A stretch of 48,653 bases of DNA from Candidatus Hermodarchaeota archaeon (GCA_016840065.1 JAEOTB010000027.1:1-48653); one strand, 5' to 3'. Counted from the first letter of the stretch, positions 10,098 through 20,987 are shown. Made by a program: numbers and translations. Notes: a model not told the origin generated them from the letters alone.

Positions 10098-10480
10098 ACT
10101 AGGAGTAGTAAATGACCCTTAGAAGAATCTCTCATAGTAGAATTACCTTTGCTGCGGCACACACCGCTTAAGCACTAGTCCACTGGGTGTACCAACCCAA
10201 TTCACTGATTCGACCGATGTCATGGAGCATTAGCTTGGTATCACGCGCCCAGCCACATTCTCGGTCAACATCAACTGTACCTTGTGGGTTTAATAACAAC
10301 GACTTGCGCTGGTTAGCCTACTTGAGTCTCATTGTTTTAATAGGTGTGATGTAGATTATTGCACCAACTACATTGTTTAAATCACGATACTTTGGTAAAG
10401 TTTGGTTTAACCAGCAAGATTGAAAATAGTACAATATTAACTGCCTTATCTGAACTTATTTCCAAGCAGGTTCACCGAAT

Positions 10481-11335
10481 ATGTCTGATAAGAATCGATT
10501 CGTTGTGGTTTTACCAGCGCGCAATGAAGAAAGCTTCATTGAAGGAGCAATCAGGTCGGTTGAGGAGCAAACGTTACAACCAGCTGTATTGCTTGTTGTG
10601 GACGATGGATCCACGGATTCTACAGCCGAAATTGTTCGGAGGTATTCTTGGGTTAAACTTCTCACGGAAACGGATAGAGGTTTTCGTTATCGAGGGGCAG
10701 GTGTTGCAGTAGCAGTTAATCGAGGTGTGCAAGAAGTCACACGACTATTTCCTGACTGGGCATTTCTATGTAAACTTGATGCAGACATCATCCTCCCACC
10801 CGACTACTTTGAGAAGCTAATCAATCACTTAAACGCGCGAGAGAATCGACGTCTCGGAATAGTTTCGGGTGTCGTTAAAGGCGAAACTACCAACTTGGAA
10901 CACCCTCGAGGTGCCGCACGAATATACAGGCGTCAATGCTGGGAGGATATTGGAGGAAGACTACAGGAGATTCATGGGTGGGATACTTATACTGACCTTC
11001 GTGCCCGTCAATTCGGTTGGGTTACTCGTGGAATCCAAGAAATCGAAGTTATCCAGCGTCGACCCACAGCAGGACGCGAACAGAGGCTTTCCGTTGCATT
11101 CCAAGTAGGGAGGATGATGTATTTGCTAGGATATCATCCACTTGTAGCATTCGCTCGCGGAGTCAAACTTCTCACAAAAAATCCCATTGCATCAGTGGTA
11201 CTAATTCTGAGCAATGTGTTAGCACATTTCAACAGAAGGATTCGCATACTACCTGAGGATTATTACCGCTACGTTGAATATGAACAGAAAGCAAGAATTA
11301 GACGAGTAGCTTCACGGTTACTGGGTGGAAAATAG
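10481..11335 (+). CDS. GT2 glycosyltransferase
   Basis: VVLPARNEE, VDDGSTDST, KLDAD (DxD), GWDT. Confidence 0.9.
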   Translation: MSDKNRFVVVLPARNEESFIEGAIRSVEEQTLQPAVLLVVDDGSTDSTAEIVRRYSWVKLLTETDRGFRYRGAGVAVAVNRGVQEVTRLFPDWAFLCKLDADIILPPDYFEKLINHLNARENRRLGIVSGVVKGETTNLEHPRGAARIYRRQCWEDIGGRLQEIHGWDTYTDLRARQFGWVTRGIQEIEVIQRRPTAGREQRLSVAFQVGRMMYLLGYHPLVAFARGVKLLTKNPIASVVLILSNVLAHFNRRIRILPEDYYRYVEYEQKARIRRVASRLLGGK

Positions 11336-11470
11336 CTTTACAGCGTGAATCCGCTGGATGTTTGCTGAAACAGAGGTGACAAAGTATAGCCAATACCAAA
11401 AGCACACGAATCTTTAAACGATTAACGTCTTGTATTTCATTAACCGTAATTATATGAGGGAAAGAAAGGC

Positions 11471-14400
11471 GTGCCGGATAAATCTGAAGCGGACGGTTTA
11501 TTTTCAGCTGGGCGTAAACTCTACATCGAGAAGGAATTCACCAAAGCTTTAGAAGCGTTGAAGTCGGCACAACAACTGTATACTCAGATTGGCGAACAGC
11601 AGGATGCAGGTGTCGCAAGCGGTCATGTTGGACTCGTATTAGAAGCATTAGGGAAACACCGAGAGGCACTCGTCAGCTATTCTCAAGCCGTTCAACTCCT
11701 CCGTGATTCTCAGGAATTCACTGAGTTAAAACATGCTTTGTTTAGGTTGGGCGTTTTACTGGAGAAGCTTGATTATCCAAAAGAGGCAGTGAAAGCTTTT
11801 GATCAAGCAGCGGATATTCATGAAAGACTCGGGGAAATTAAAGAACAGCAAGAATTACTTCTCCGAGCAGGAGTTATACTAGAAAGACTAGGACAGCTAG
11901 AAGCCAGTCACTCTCATTTCGCAAAGGTTGTCGAAATCTCAAGAACGCTTCCTGATTCTAGTTTGTATATAGATGCTCTAAGTTCTTATGCACGCATTCT
12001 CTTGCAACTGGAAGATTTCCAAGAGGCAGAAATAATTTTCCAAAAATTAATCCAACTTTGTAATAGAGCTGGAGAACATACCATACAAGCTCATGCACTG
12101 CTTGGGTTAGCAAGTACCTATGTCAGTAGAAAACAACTAGACCGAGCAGAAGACCTCATTCAACAATCGGAAGAGCGATTCTTTGCCTCCAAAGATGAAA
12201 CAGGAATACCTTATATTGCGTTTCATCGAGCACGTATCAATATACACCGAGGGCAATTAGCCGACGCGTTAGCACAAGCAGAACAGGCCCTCAAAGCCTT
12301 CCAAGATTGTGATGACCCAGTGGGACGTGTCCAGTGCCATTTGATACTAGGTCAGATAAACGAGAAGTTAGAGCAGTGGAAACAAGCATTAAGTCATTAC
12401 GATTTAGCTATTGAAACATTGGAAATGCTAGGCAATCAGACCCGTTCACTACAAACTCGGATAACCAAAGGGAAATTACTGCTCCAAATAGGCAGAGAGC
12501 GGCTAGCAGAGAGGGAGTTCAGTTATGTTATCAAGCACCATAGAGAGAGCCAAAGTCTTGATCGAGAAGCACGAGTTTATCTTGAAGTTGCAGAAAAAAT
12601 GATAGAACTCGGAAAGTACGACAGGGCAAGAGAACAATCAAAGAGCGCCATACAAAGACTACAAAAAACTGAGGATGAAGAAAGGGAGATACTAGCATAT
12701 CGTATTCTGCTCAAGTCATCACAAAGCAGCGGTTCTCTTGAAGAAGATCTTCCTATTCTAAAGGAAGGTCTCGAGAAAGCTAAAGCACATGGGAAAACAG
12801 GTGTGGTCTCGTCCTTAACCGCCAGCTTGTCGTTATTATCAATCGATTTAGAGGCACCACAAGATAAAGAGATTGCTACGCTAGAAGAAGCGCTTCAGGA
12901 TAAGCTTCTACCGAAAACACAACGTGTAGAGATAGCTGAATGCCTTGGGGTAGTTCTTTCTAAACTAGAACGTTTTGCAGAGGCAGTGCAATATCTGTCC
13001 CAAGCAATCAGTGGATATGATATTCAACCAAGCTATGAAAAAGCCAAAACCTACTATCTGTTAAGCCAAGCATACCAACACCTAAACCAACCACAGCAAA
13101 GAAGAGATGTTCTAGAAAAAGCCCTAGCTAGCCTTCCTCGTAGCACTGATGATTTATTACGAGCAAGAATCCTTCATCAACTTGCATCCCTGATGGCAGA
13201 AGAAGATACAGAGACGGCTTGTAAGAATTATTTACTCGCTGCAAAACTATTCGAAGCTCAGGATATTCCTGATGAATTATTCGATGCATTATTGGGAGGC
13301 GCCACATTACTTGTTAAGCTGAAGAAGACCAAACTTGCTTTACAGCTGGTAGAACAGTCGCTTGTTCTTGCAGATGAACTATCAATAATGATTAGAGATA
13401 ACGGCCAGCAACTCCAAGAAGGCATTCACATTCGCCAAGCAGCGGAAGTAGCACTTTATACCGCAACGGTACACTTTGAGAAACACACATCAAAAGCGCT
13501 TCTTGAGAGGATGTATTACTGGTCATCACGCCGAAAAACTGCCATTCTTATACCCTTCTTACCAGAGAAGCTAGGCTACAAGGGTTGTAAGGATCTTCCT
13601 ATTTTGGTACAGGAAAAGGCACGCTTGAAAGAACAAGCAAGAGACCTCCATCTGAAAATAATACAACAGGAAACAGGAGAATCAACTCAGCAAGACGGTG
13701 AGAACCGCCAACAGCTCGACAATCTTCTAGCCCAAATCGATGCTATCCGTGGTATGATTACAGAATCCTGTATCGATCCAGGAAAGACCCTACCTCCAAA
13801 GGAATACAATATCCTATCCAAAGTATTAGCAATGATGCCGAAGGACCGAAAATGGGTTCTAATCAACTACGACATCCTACGAAGTAAAAACAAGATAATC
13901 GTAACTTGGATTGACCATAGAGGGTACTACGGATCTTCCCTTCTCCCGCTAACTAAGAGCTTAACATCAGTTGTATCACACCTTCGGACTGTCCGAGATA
14001 CAACCGATTTACCTCCTCAAACACAATTACAGAAGATTGGAACTCGATTATACCGTTTCTTAATACCCACTAATCTAGCAAAGGAATTGAGAAGCGAGGG
14101 TTACGACTATATACAATTAGTGACAGATGACTTTCTTCACCATCTCCCCTTCGAAGTAATCTTCGATGGAATGCAATTCTGGGGTTTGAAATACGCAGTT
14201 AGCTGGACACCAGATATGGCATTCCTTGAGAATTCAATGAGAGCACGCGCTACAATTACAGCACCCTCAACTGTAGTTCTGGGCGTTAAAACTGGCGACG
14301 AAAAACAGAGAAGTGGGAAACATGTCGCCGAAGAGATAACCAAGACATTTCTTGCCGCCGTACCAATCTCCCATGAACATGTTGGCGAGCCCGTCGTGCT

Positions 14401-14875
14401 CTTTGGTCGTGATTTCACTCGGGAATTATTAATCGAATCTTGTAACAAGTCTTGTAAGCTTCTATTCCTCTCAACGCCTACAGTAATTCATTGCCGAAAA
14501 GGCGAAATAGCGCTCAGACAACCAGATAGTATCCGAGCAATCGAGTTAGGAATCACTACAAAAATAGATGGGGAACCAGCTCTTGTACTTGACTACTGTA
14601 TCCAATCAGAACCCAGGGAGGACGGTTTAAGCCTTGCAGCCTTTCTCCGCTGCCTAAAGGCAGCGGGTGCTACAGCAATAATCTTCACTAGGTGGCCACC
14701 TAAACAAAATACTCGGGCTTTCTTCGCTTCCACCATTGCAACGCAGCTCTACGATGGTAAACCCCTAGCTGTGGCGCTCCAACAAGCAAGACTGATGATG
14801 TCCACGAAGTATACGACTTCAAGCAGCTGGCTAGCATACTCCCTCTGTGGTAACCCCTATCCTACACTCTTCTAG
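11471..14875 (+). CDS. Large TPR-repeat protein with C-terminal CHAT (caspase-fold) domain, catalytic His apparently missing
   Basis: About 640 aa of TPR-like helical repeats, a coiled segment, then CHAT hallmarks LYRFLIP, LHHLPFE, LVLDYC, AAGATAIIFTRW, ALQQAR, WLAYSLCGNP. Confidence 0.8.
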   Translation: MPDKSEADGLFSAGRKLYIEKEFTKALEALKSAQQLYTQIGEQQDAGVASGHVGLVLEALGKHREALVSYSQAVQLLRDSQEFTELKHALFRLGVLLEKLDYPKEAVKAFDQAADIHERLGEIKEQQELLLRAGVILERLGQLEASHSHFAKVVEISRTLPDSSLYIDALSSYARILLQLEDFQEAEIIFQKLIQLCNRAGEHTIQAHALLGLASTYVSRKQLDRAEDLIQQSEERFFASKDETGIPYIAFHRARINIHRGQLADALAQAEQALKAFQDCDDPVGRVQCHLILGQINEKLEQWKQALSHYDLAIETLEMLGNQTRSLQTRITKGKLLLQIGRERLAEREFSYVIKHHRESQSLDREARVYLEVAEKMIELGKYDRAREQSKSAIQRLQKTEDEEREILAYRILLKSSQSSGSLEEDLPILKEGLEKAKAHGKTGVVSSLTASLSLLSIDLEAPQDKEIATLEEALQDKLLPKTQRVEIAECLGVVLSKLERFAEAVQYLSQAISGYDIQPSYEKAKTYYLLSQAYQHLNQPQQRRDVLEKALASLPRSTDDLLRARILHQLASLMAEEDTETACKNYLLAAKLFEAQDIPDELFDALLGGATLLVKLKKTKLALQLVEQSLVLADELSIMIRDNGQQLQEGIHIRQAAEVALYTATVHFEKHTSKALLERMYYWSSRRKTAILIPFLPEKLGYKGCKDLPILVQEKARLKEQARDLHLKIIQQETGESTQQDGENRQQLDNLLAQIDAIRGMITESCIDPGKTLPPKEYNILSKVLAMMPKDRKWVLINYDILRSKNKIIVTWIDHRGYYGSSLLPLTKSLTSVVSHLRTVRDTTDLPPQTQLQKIGTRLYRFLIPTNLAKELRSEGYDYIQLVTDDFLHHLPFEVIFDGMQFWGLKYAVSWTPDMAFLENSMRARATITAPSTVVLGVKTGDEKQRSGKHVAEEITKTFLAAVPISHEHVGEPVVLFGRDFTRELLIESCNKSCKLLFLSTPTVIHCRKGEIALRQPDSIRAIELGITTKIDGEPALVLDYCIQSEPREDGLSLAAFLRCLKAAGATAIIFTRWPPKQNTRAFFASTIATQLYDGKPLAVALQQARLMMSTKYTTSSSWLAYSLCGNPYPTLF

Positions 14876-14994
14876 AATTGTACCCAGTTAGATACGCGAT
14901 TAGCTAGGAGTAGGTTCCTTGTATCCCTAATTCGCAGCGAGTTTATGCAGACACTTTTAATGTTGGTTAGGTGCCATTAAAACGAGTGGTTTAC

Positions 14995-15495
14995 ATGGCT
15001 GTCTTTGATCGTCAAACTATTCTAGAACTCATCACTCAGCGAGAACTAGTCACGGGTTTAATAGATACGAAAACTCAAGTTTCTCCTAACGGCGTTGAAC
15101 TTACATTACACAAGGTGTATCGCTTTAAGGAGGCTGGTGTGGTCGACTTCTCAAATGAACAACGCCGAATCCCTGAATACGAAGAAATCCCATCAAGGGA
15201 TGGCCGCTATGTTCTTACTCCAGGTAATTATCTAATCACCTATAATGAGATTGTACGCATACCTGAGGATGTAATTGCCATAGGGCGACCCCGATCCTCA
15301 TTGTTAAGATCTGGAGTGACGGTTGAATCAGCTGTATGGGATGCGGGATATACAGGGCGTTCACGTGGATTATTACTGGTTTTCAATCCCAAGGGTTTTG
15401 TTGTGATGCAGAACGCTCGGCTACTACACTTGATATTCATGAAACTTGTACGAAAAACTGAATCATACAAAGGTGTGTATCAAGGAGAGACCTAG
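14995..15495 (+). CDS. dut: Archaeal trimeric dUTPase (dCTP deaminase/dUTPase superfamily)
   Basis: PNGVELTL, RPRSSLLRSG, AVWDAGYTGR, YKGVYQGE. Confidence 0.85.
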   Translation: MAVFDRQTILELITQRELVTGLIDTKTQVSPNGVELTLHKVYRFKEAGVVDFSNEQRRIPEYEEIPSRDGRYVLTPGNYLITYNEIVRIPEDVIAIGRPRSSLLRSGVTVESAVWDAGYTGRSRGLLLVFNPKGFVVMQNARLLHLIFMKLVRKTESYKGVYQGET

Positions 15496-15498
15496 CAG

Positions 15499-16065
15499 GT
15501 GCTGCGTAAGGTAAACGTGTTGGTTACAGGGCCACCAGGATGTGGCAAGAGCACATTAATCAACAACTTGGTTGAGAGGTTGCGGGTTTGCGGCTTCAAG
15601 GTCGGCGGGATAACCACACCTGATATTCGTTCAACTACTGGACAGCGTACCGGCTTTCACATCTGTGATATTGCTACAGGTGATAAGCAGACAATGGCGT
15701 CCATTGGCTTTCAAAGTGAAGTAAGCGTTGGACGTTATGGTGTCAATGTCGAGGCAATACGCACTCTAGGAGTGTTTGCTATTAACCGAGCTATTGGTCA
15801 AGCGGATATAGTCGTGATCGATGAAATCGGAAAGATGGAGTTAATAGTACCCGAATTCCAAAGATGCGTTATTGAAGCTTTAGACAGTACAAAACCTGTG
15901 TTGGGTACAATCGGGTTACACTTGAAATCAGATTTCATTACAGAAGTGAAGCAACACCCTAAAATGACGATTGTAAAACTCGATAGAACCCATCAGGCAG
16001 TAGTATTTCAACATACTTGTGAACTATTAGGCCTCACAAATAAAAGGACCCAAGGAAAAGGTTAA
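15499..16065 (+). CDS. THEP1-family nucleoside triphosphatase
   Basis: Walker A GPPGCGKST, GGITT, RTGF, VGRYGV, IDEIGKME; starts 3 nt after the dut stop. Confidence 0.9.
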   Translation: MLRKVNVLVTGPPGCGKSTLINNLVERLRVCGFKVGGITTPDIRSTTGQRTGFHICDIATGDKQTMASIGFQSEVSVGRYGVNVEAIRTLGVFAINRAIGQADIVVIDEIGKMELIVPEFQRCVIEALDSTKPVLGTIGLHLKSDFITEVKQHPKMTIVKLDRTHQAVVFQHTCELLGLTNKRTQGKG

Positions 16066-16159
16066 GAAGAAAAATAACGATAGGAATAGGTACCACGGTA
16101 ACGAGGATATCTAATACCTACATCAATGTAGACACCCTTGAGATGCCTGAGAAAATAAT

Positions 16160-19100
16160 ATGAGGAGAGGCAATATGGGTGAAAAAAACTTAAGAAATCA
16201 AGAGATGCAGCAGCCCATTCCCCATCTCCAAAAGAACCAGGTTAGTCTCGTTATTTTCGCAATTAGTGTTGCGATGCTTATAATCAATCTGTGGTTCTTT
16301 CAATCATTCTGGATTGGATTGCCTTTCTTTATTATCTATGCATTCTTTGCCTCAACAGCAGTTGCTAGACACTTGGGATTGAGTGAGAGGTTATTAGCTA
16401 TCCCCTTTGGGTTTCTATTATTGAATATGTTATTCCTCTCTGTCACTGCTGTAGCAATACGACTGTTTATCCCCTTAAGTAACGTGTTACTTACTATACT
16501 CGTGCATGTTCCTTTTCTATTCTTCATAAAGAAGGGAGATGATGACAAAACTGAGGAATCGATATCCGAAGAATCGTCGACAACCATCACTCCTCATACT
16601 AATCCTTCCTCACCGGGGAAATGGTCGATAAATCCCGTGATTCTTCTGGTATTTTCCTTATCTATTCTTGGGATGATTTTGGCGCTCTGGGTTTCAAGGA
16701 CCGGTGAAACCATTCCATCATTTCACGCAACACTCAATCCACTTTATTACATATTTTGTTTTACCGCGGCTGTCACGATGATGGGAGTGATTCTTTCAAG
16801 ACATAGCCTACAAATCAAGCTTGTCTTTCTCATTGTCTTTTCATTAGCTTCGCATATATTCAGATACATCATTTATGTTATAATGACTGGATCTGACATG
16901 TGGAGCTATCTTATCGGGTCATGGTGGATCTACAACGGGGGGGTGCTCCCCCCTCACTCAAGCCTTTACCATTATATTGCTAGTTCAGAGAATGGCTACC
17001 TAGGAATCTGGGGCTTTAACGTCTTCATCTCACGTGTTACCTCGGTAAACCTATATTTTGGATATCCATACATTGGGCTTTTACTCTCCTTTTTCGCGCC
17101 GCTAATATTATACCAGATTACAAAATCGCTTCTGACCAATGATACCTACGCGCTATTCGTTGCAACCCTATCCGCGTTCCTTTACTCAACATTCATGTGG
17201 CTATCTCTCTCCTCTGCCAACGGCCTAGGCGTCCTGGCAATGCTATTCTCCCTTCTTGTATGGATAACATACCTCAAAGATTCATCTGCCTCGATTTTCT
17301 TCCCAATATTGGTTACCATAGCAGGAATCATTGCCTATCCCCTTACTGGAATGTTCGTAGCATGCATCGCTTTGATATCCATTTCCTTAAGAGTGGGTCT
17401 ACGAAAAGGGGTTGTTGCCCTCGCCGCCGTTCTTGCTTTGATTCTCCCATCATTCCTTCTCGTTGGAGCGATTGTTCAGTTCCTTGCAAGTGGTATGCCT
17501 CCTCCTCTCAATACTCTCCCAATCACCACAATATTAGCCAATATCATCTTCCCGCATAATGATCTAAGCAATCTGTTAGACATACCCTATCTCGTAATAT
17601 ATCCTCTAATTGGAATAGGTATCGTTTTAGGACGAAAGGCAATCAACCGCAACGTCTACTACCTACTATTAACGGTATTCGCAATAGTATTGTTCAACGA
17701 GGCAGTAGGATGGTGGGCCCAAATACGTATTCTTCACCGGATTGGAGACACAGTGATTCCTTGGTTCTTTTTGATATTTGCTGGTATAGGTCTGCCAAGG
17801 TTTCATCGGTCTCTAAAAACAGTTACACCCACAGCTGTTAATATACGATTTATTCGGATACACCGTGTTGTCGAGTCACGGAAACTGCTCGCAATCGGTC
17901 TATGCTTGATGTTTGGAATATCTACAACAAATCATTTCATCCTCGCTCCAACTACTAACAAGTTTAATCCCTCAACAGATTTAGTAGACGCTGTACAGTT
18001 CATAATCCAGCAAGACCCATCTAGAAATACTCTCATCCTCGCTGATGCCTACTCGATTCTGCTGCTAGATGTCCTGTCTCAGGGCAGGTGGTATAATCTT
18101 CCCTATTTAAGGGCAAGCACACACGCACTCGAACTCGCACTCCCCATCTACACTAGCATCCTCAGATATCCTTCCACTTTATATTCTGGTGCCCAAGATG
18201 CGAAAATTACTCTAACCAATCATCTTATGACTTATTATAATTACACTACCAACCCAGATACGTTTTATTTTGTATTCGATCCTGTTTTGGCACCTTATAT
18301 GTATTCGAACATAGCATCAGACCTTACGGAAATAATATCAGTTTATCTCGGAGAACCCACAGTATTTGGAAATGTACACGTTTACAGGTCACACATTCCA
18401 ACACTACTCTGGAATACAACAGTCCATGACATTTCCGGAAACAACAACGACGGAGTTGCCTATGGACCCTTCCTTAATCAGGAATTTATTGGTAAATATA
18501 CAACATTTGATGGCATAGATGATTACATAGAAGCGCCCTTCCTGAACTTAACTACTGAGTTCACTGTTGAAGCCTGGGTTTATTTCATTGATGGCCAGCC
18601 CTTAGGAGATTATGGAGGGCTGTTTAGTATGATGTTAGATTTGAGAGTTCTTCTGATAAATGAAAGTGCCGCTGTCCAAATGCATATAGGATCTAATACT
18701 GAAACTCATCTTTCTAACACAATTGACCTAACCAATGCTTGGCACCACATCGTTGCATGCTATAATGGAACAGATGTTTGCATATACGTAGACCAGGCGT
18801 TAATCTATAGCCACGAACAGGTCGGAAACATAAACATATCCGCGAACAAGACGTATATTGGATGGGGAAGCCCATATTCTAGTTGGTATCATCTCCAAGG
18901 TTCATTAGACGAATTCCGAATCTATGACAGGGCTTTGAATAGTACCGAAGTGTCCCATTCATACCTACAAAGTGTTCCTATGAATAATACTGGGTTGATT
19001 CTATGGTACTCCTTTGATGATGAAGAGGAGAGGGGTTCCATCAATTCCGTAATACCCACTCCACCCACCATTGTTACAGAGGCAGATGCAGGTCAGCTCC

Positions 19101-19255
19101 TACATGGTAGATTTCCTCAACTGTTCTGCAATATTACACTCCGGTCAATATACCGGAAAGCGTATACAATTCCTGTTCGCCTTTCCCTAGCTCCTCGTGG
19201 AATACTAGCAAAATTAGACATCCATTTACTAATAGAGCAGGAAAACCAGGATTAA
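16160..19255 (+). CDS. GT-C-like polytopic membrane protein fused to a C-terminal LamG/concanavalin-A-like domain
   Basis: More than 15 hydrophobic segments with GSDMWSY motif; LamG motifs DISGNNNDG, FDGIDDYI, FTVEAWV, WHHIVACYNG, GSLDEFRIYDRAL, GLILWYSFD; about ten N-X-S/T sequons in the C-terminal part. Confidence 0.65.
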   Translation: MRRGNMGEKNLRNQEMQQPIPHLQKNQVSLVIFAISVAMLIINLWFFQSFWIGLPFFIIYAFFASTAVARHLGLSERLLAIPFGFLLLNMLFLSVTAVAIRLFIPLSNVLLTILVHVPFLFFIKKGDDDKTEESISEESSTTITPHTNPSSPGKWSINPVILLVFSLSILGMILALWVSRTGETIPSFHATLNPLYYIFCFTAAVTMMGVILSRHSLQIKLVFLIVFSLASHIFRYIIYVIMTGSDMWSYLIGSWWIYNGGVLPPHSSLYHYIASSENGYLGIWGFNVFISRVTSVNLYFGYPYIGLLLSFFAPLILYQITKSLLTNDTYALFVATLSAFLYSTFMWLSLSSANGLGVLAMLFSLLVWITYLKDSSASIFFPILVTIAGIIAYPLTGMFVACIALISISLRVGLRKGVVALAAVLALILPSFLLVGAIVQFLASGMPPPLNTLPITTILANIIFPHNDLSNLLDIPYLVIYPLIGIGIVLGRKAINRNVYYLLLTVFAIVLFNEAVGWWAQIRILHRIGDTVIPWFFLIFAGIGLPRFHRSLKTVTPTAVNIRFIRIHRVVESRKLLAIGLCLMFGISTTNHFILAPTTNKFNPSTDLVDAVQFIIQQDPSRNTLILADAYSILLLDVLSQGRWYNLPYLRASTHALELALPIYTSILRYPSTLYSGAQDAKITLTNHLMTYYNYTTNPDTFYFVFDPVLAPYMYSNIASDLTEIISVYLGEPTVFGNVHVYRSHIPTLLWNTTVHDISGNNNDGVAYGPFLNQEFIGKYTTFDGIDDYIEAPFLNLTTEFTVEAWVYFIDGQPLGDYGGLFSMMLDLRVLLINESAAVQMHIGSNTETHLSNTIDLTNAWHHIVACYNGTDVCIYVDQALIYSHEQVGNINISANKTYIGWGSPYSSWYHLQGSLDEFRIYDRALNSTEVSHSYLQSVPMNNTGLILWYSFDDEEERGSINSVIPTPPTIVTEADAGQLLHGRFPQLFCNITLRSIYRKAYTIPVRLSLAPRGILAKLDIHLLIEQENQD

Positions 19256-19424
19256 ATATGTGCATTCGAATAAGCTAATTCACATGTTGCCTAGACACCT
19301 TTTGTTTCCCCAATCGACTTTCGTAGCATTTGTATTGAAAACTAGAATTATGATGTGTTGGCAAACCCTCTAAGAAATTTATAGATGTCTGATTACTCTG
19401 AAATAGGTTAGGAGAAAGAGGATA

Positions 19425-20987
19425 ATGAGTGACACAATCACGATAGCGAGGTCGTCTGCCAAGGGCGGATTCAACCTTCTCTGGGGAGCAGCGCTTTCTA
19501 CAATCCTAACAACCATCAGTGGTATAGTTATCGCAAGACTTCTCACGCCAAGCGAATATGGCGTAGTTGGAATCGCTTTGATTGGCCCCAATTTTATCCG
19601 TCTTTTCAGGGATTGGGGTGTAAACTCTTCAATAATTAAGTACACTGCTCAATACAAATCAGAATCTAGAACAGCGAAAGTGAAAACCTTCCTAGTTACG
19701 GGATTACTCTTTGAATTCATTTTAGGATCTTCGCTCTTGGTTATCTCGATTATTCTCTCAAATTCCCTAGCAACGATTTTCCACCGACCATATGTGAAGC
19801 CCTTAATCGAAGTGGCTTCTTTCACAATCATTGGTGGAGCACTTCTCACAGCCACTCAATCAGCATTCATAGGCTACGAGAGAATGAAACTCTACAACAG
19901 CACAGTGATATGTCAAACCGCGACAAGAGCAGTTCTAGCCCCCCTCCTTATAATCATAGGTTTCGGCGCATTTGGAGCAGTTCTCGGAACAACCATCTCC
20001 TTTCTGCTAAGCGGACTAATCGCTACACTAATCTTCTACCAAGCGATTTACAAGAATCTAAGAGTAAGAACCAACAAACAAGAAATGTGGGAATCCTTAA
20101 AGTCAATGCTCAAGTTTGGGATACCACTCTCGATTTCAACAATTCTTCGCGGCATTCTCTTACAATTCTACGCTATTCTCATGGTAATTTTCTGCACCGA
20201 TCTACTGATTGGGAATTACCAAGTTGCGTCAACCCTTGGTAGCTTGCTCACTTTTTTCATTATTCCAATAGGCACTGCTTTATTCCCTGCGTTCTCAAAG
20301 CTTGATTGTACAAAGCACCCTACAACACTCAGAAACATCTTCACGTTCTCAGTCAAATTAACCGCGCTTACAGTTGCACCAACGATAGGCGCTGTCATGG
20401 TATTGTCGCAACCACTAACTTTCACACTTTTTGGCGAAGGATATAGTTATGCCCCACTCTTTCTATCCATATATTCCATCAATTACTTATTCCCAGTTTT
20501 CGGAAGCATAAGCGTCGAAGCGCTTTTCAGAGGGCAAGGAAAAACAGGGCTAAATTTGGCACTAGTACTGATTACATGTTCTGTAGGATTCCCAGTAAGC
20601 TTACTTCTCATTCCGACATTTGGCATCTTAGGCTTGATCGCAACGAATATTATTCACGGAATTCCCTTTCTCGTCGTTGGACTCTGGTGGGCGAAGAAGC
20701 GGTTCACAGCCACTATTGACCGGGCTTCATCAGCCAAAATACTATTAGCCGCATCCATTGCCGCCACAATCACCTTTTTGGTCGTTTCTCACCTTTACCT
20801 ACCCAGCTGGATAAATCTAATTATTGGGATTCTAATCTTCCTAGCTGCATACACACTAATTACTCCACTAACACGGGCAATAACCCGAGCAGATATACAA
20901 AACCTCAGAAAAACCCTAAATAACCTCGGACCAATCTCACGCATATTCACTCTCCTACTTGATATCATGGAGAAACTAACACGTTAA
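19425..20987 (+). CDS. Oligosaccharide flippase (MOP/Wzx family)
   Basis: About 14 TMs; IARLLTPSEYG, LKFGIPL, IGNYQVA, LFPAFSKL. Confidence 0.88.
   Translation: MSDTITIARSSAKGGFNLLWGAALSTILTTISGIVIARLLTPSEYGVVGIALIGPNFIRLFRDWGVNSSIIKYTAQYKSESRTAKVKTFLVTGLLFEFILGSSLLVISIILSNSLATIFHRPYVKPLIEVASFTIIGGALLTATQSAFIGYERMKLYNSTVICQTATRAVLAPLLIIIGFGAFGAVLGTTISFLLSGLIATLIFYQAIYKNLRVRTNKQEMWESLKSMLKFGIPLSISTILRGILLQFYAILMVIFCTDLLIGNYQVASTLGSLLTFFIIPIGTALFPAFSKLDCTKHPTTLRNIFTFSVKLTALTVAPTIGAVMVLSQPLTFTLFGEGYSYAPLFLSIYSINYLFPVFGSISVEALFRGQGKTGLNLALVLITCSVGFPVSLLLIPTFGILGLIATNIIHGIPFLVVGLWWAKKRFTATIDRASSAKILLAASIAATITFLVVSHLYLPSWINLIIGILIFLAAYTLITPLTRAITRADIQNLRKTLNNLGPISRIFTLLLDIMEKLTR

Noticed and set aside
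10359-10712. 117-aa ORF overlapping the GT2 start
   Set aside because: Different frame over a clear GT2 gene, no recognisable motif.
11471-14875. TPR-CHAT as a CRISPR-associated (Craspase-like) protease
   Set aside because: No cas genes or CRISPR array in the window, and the catalytic His appears absent.
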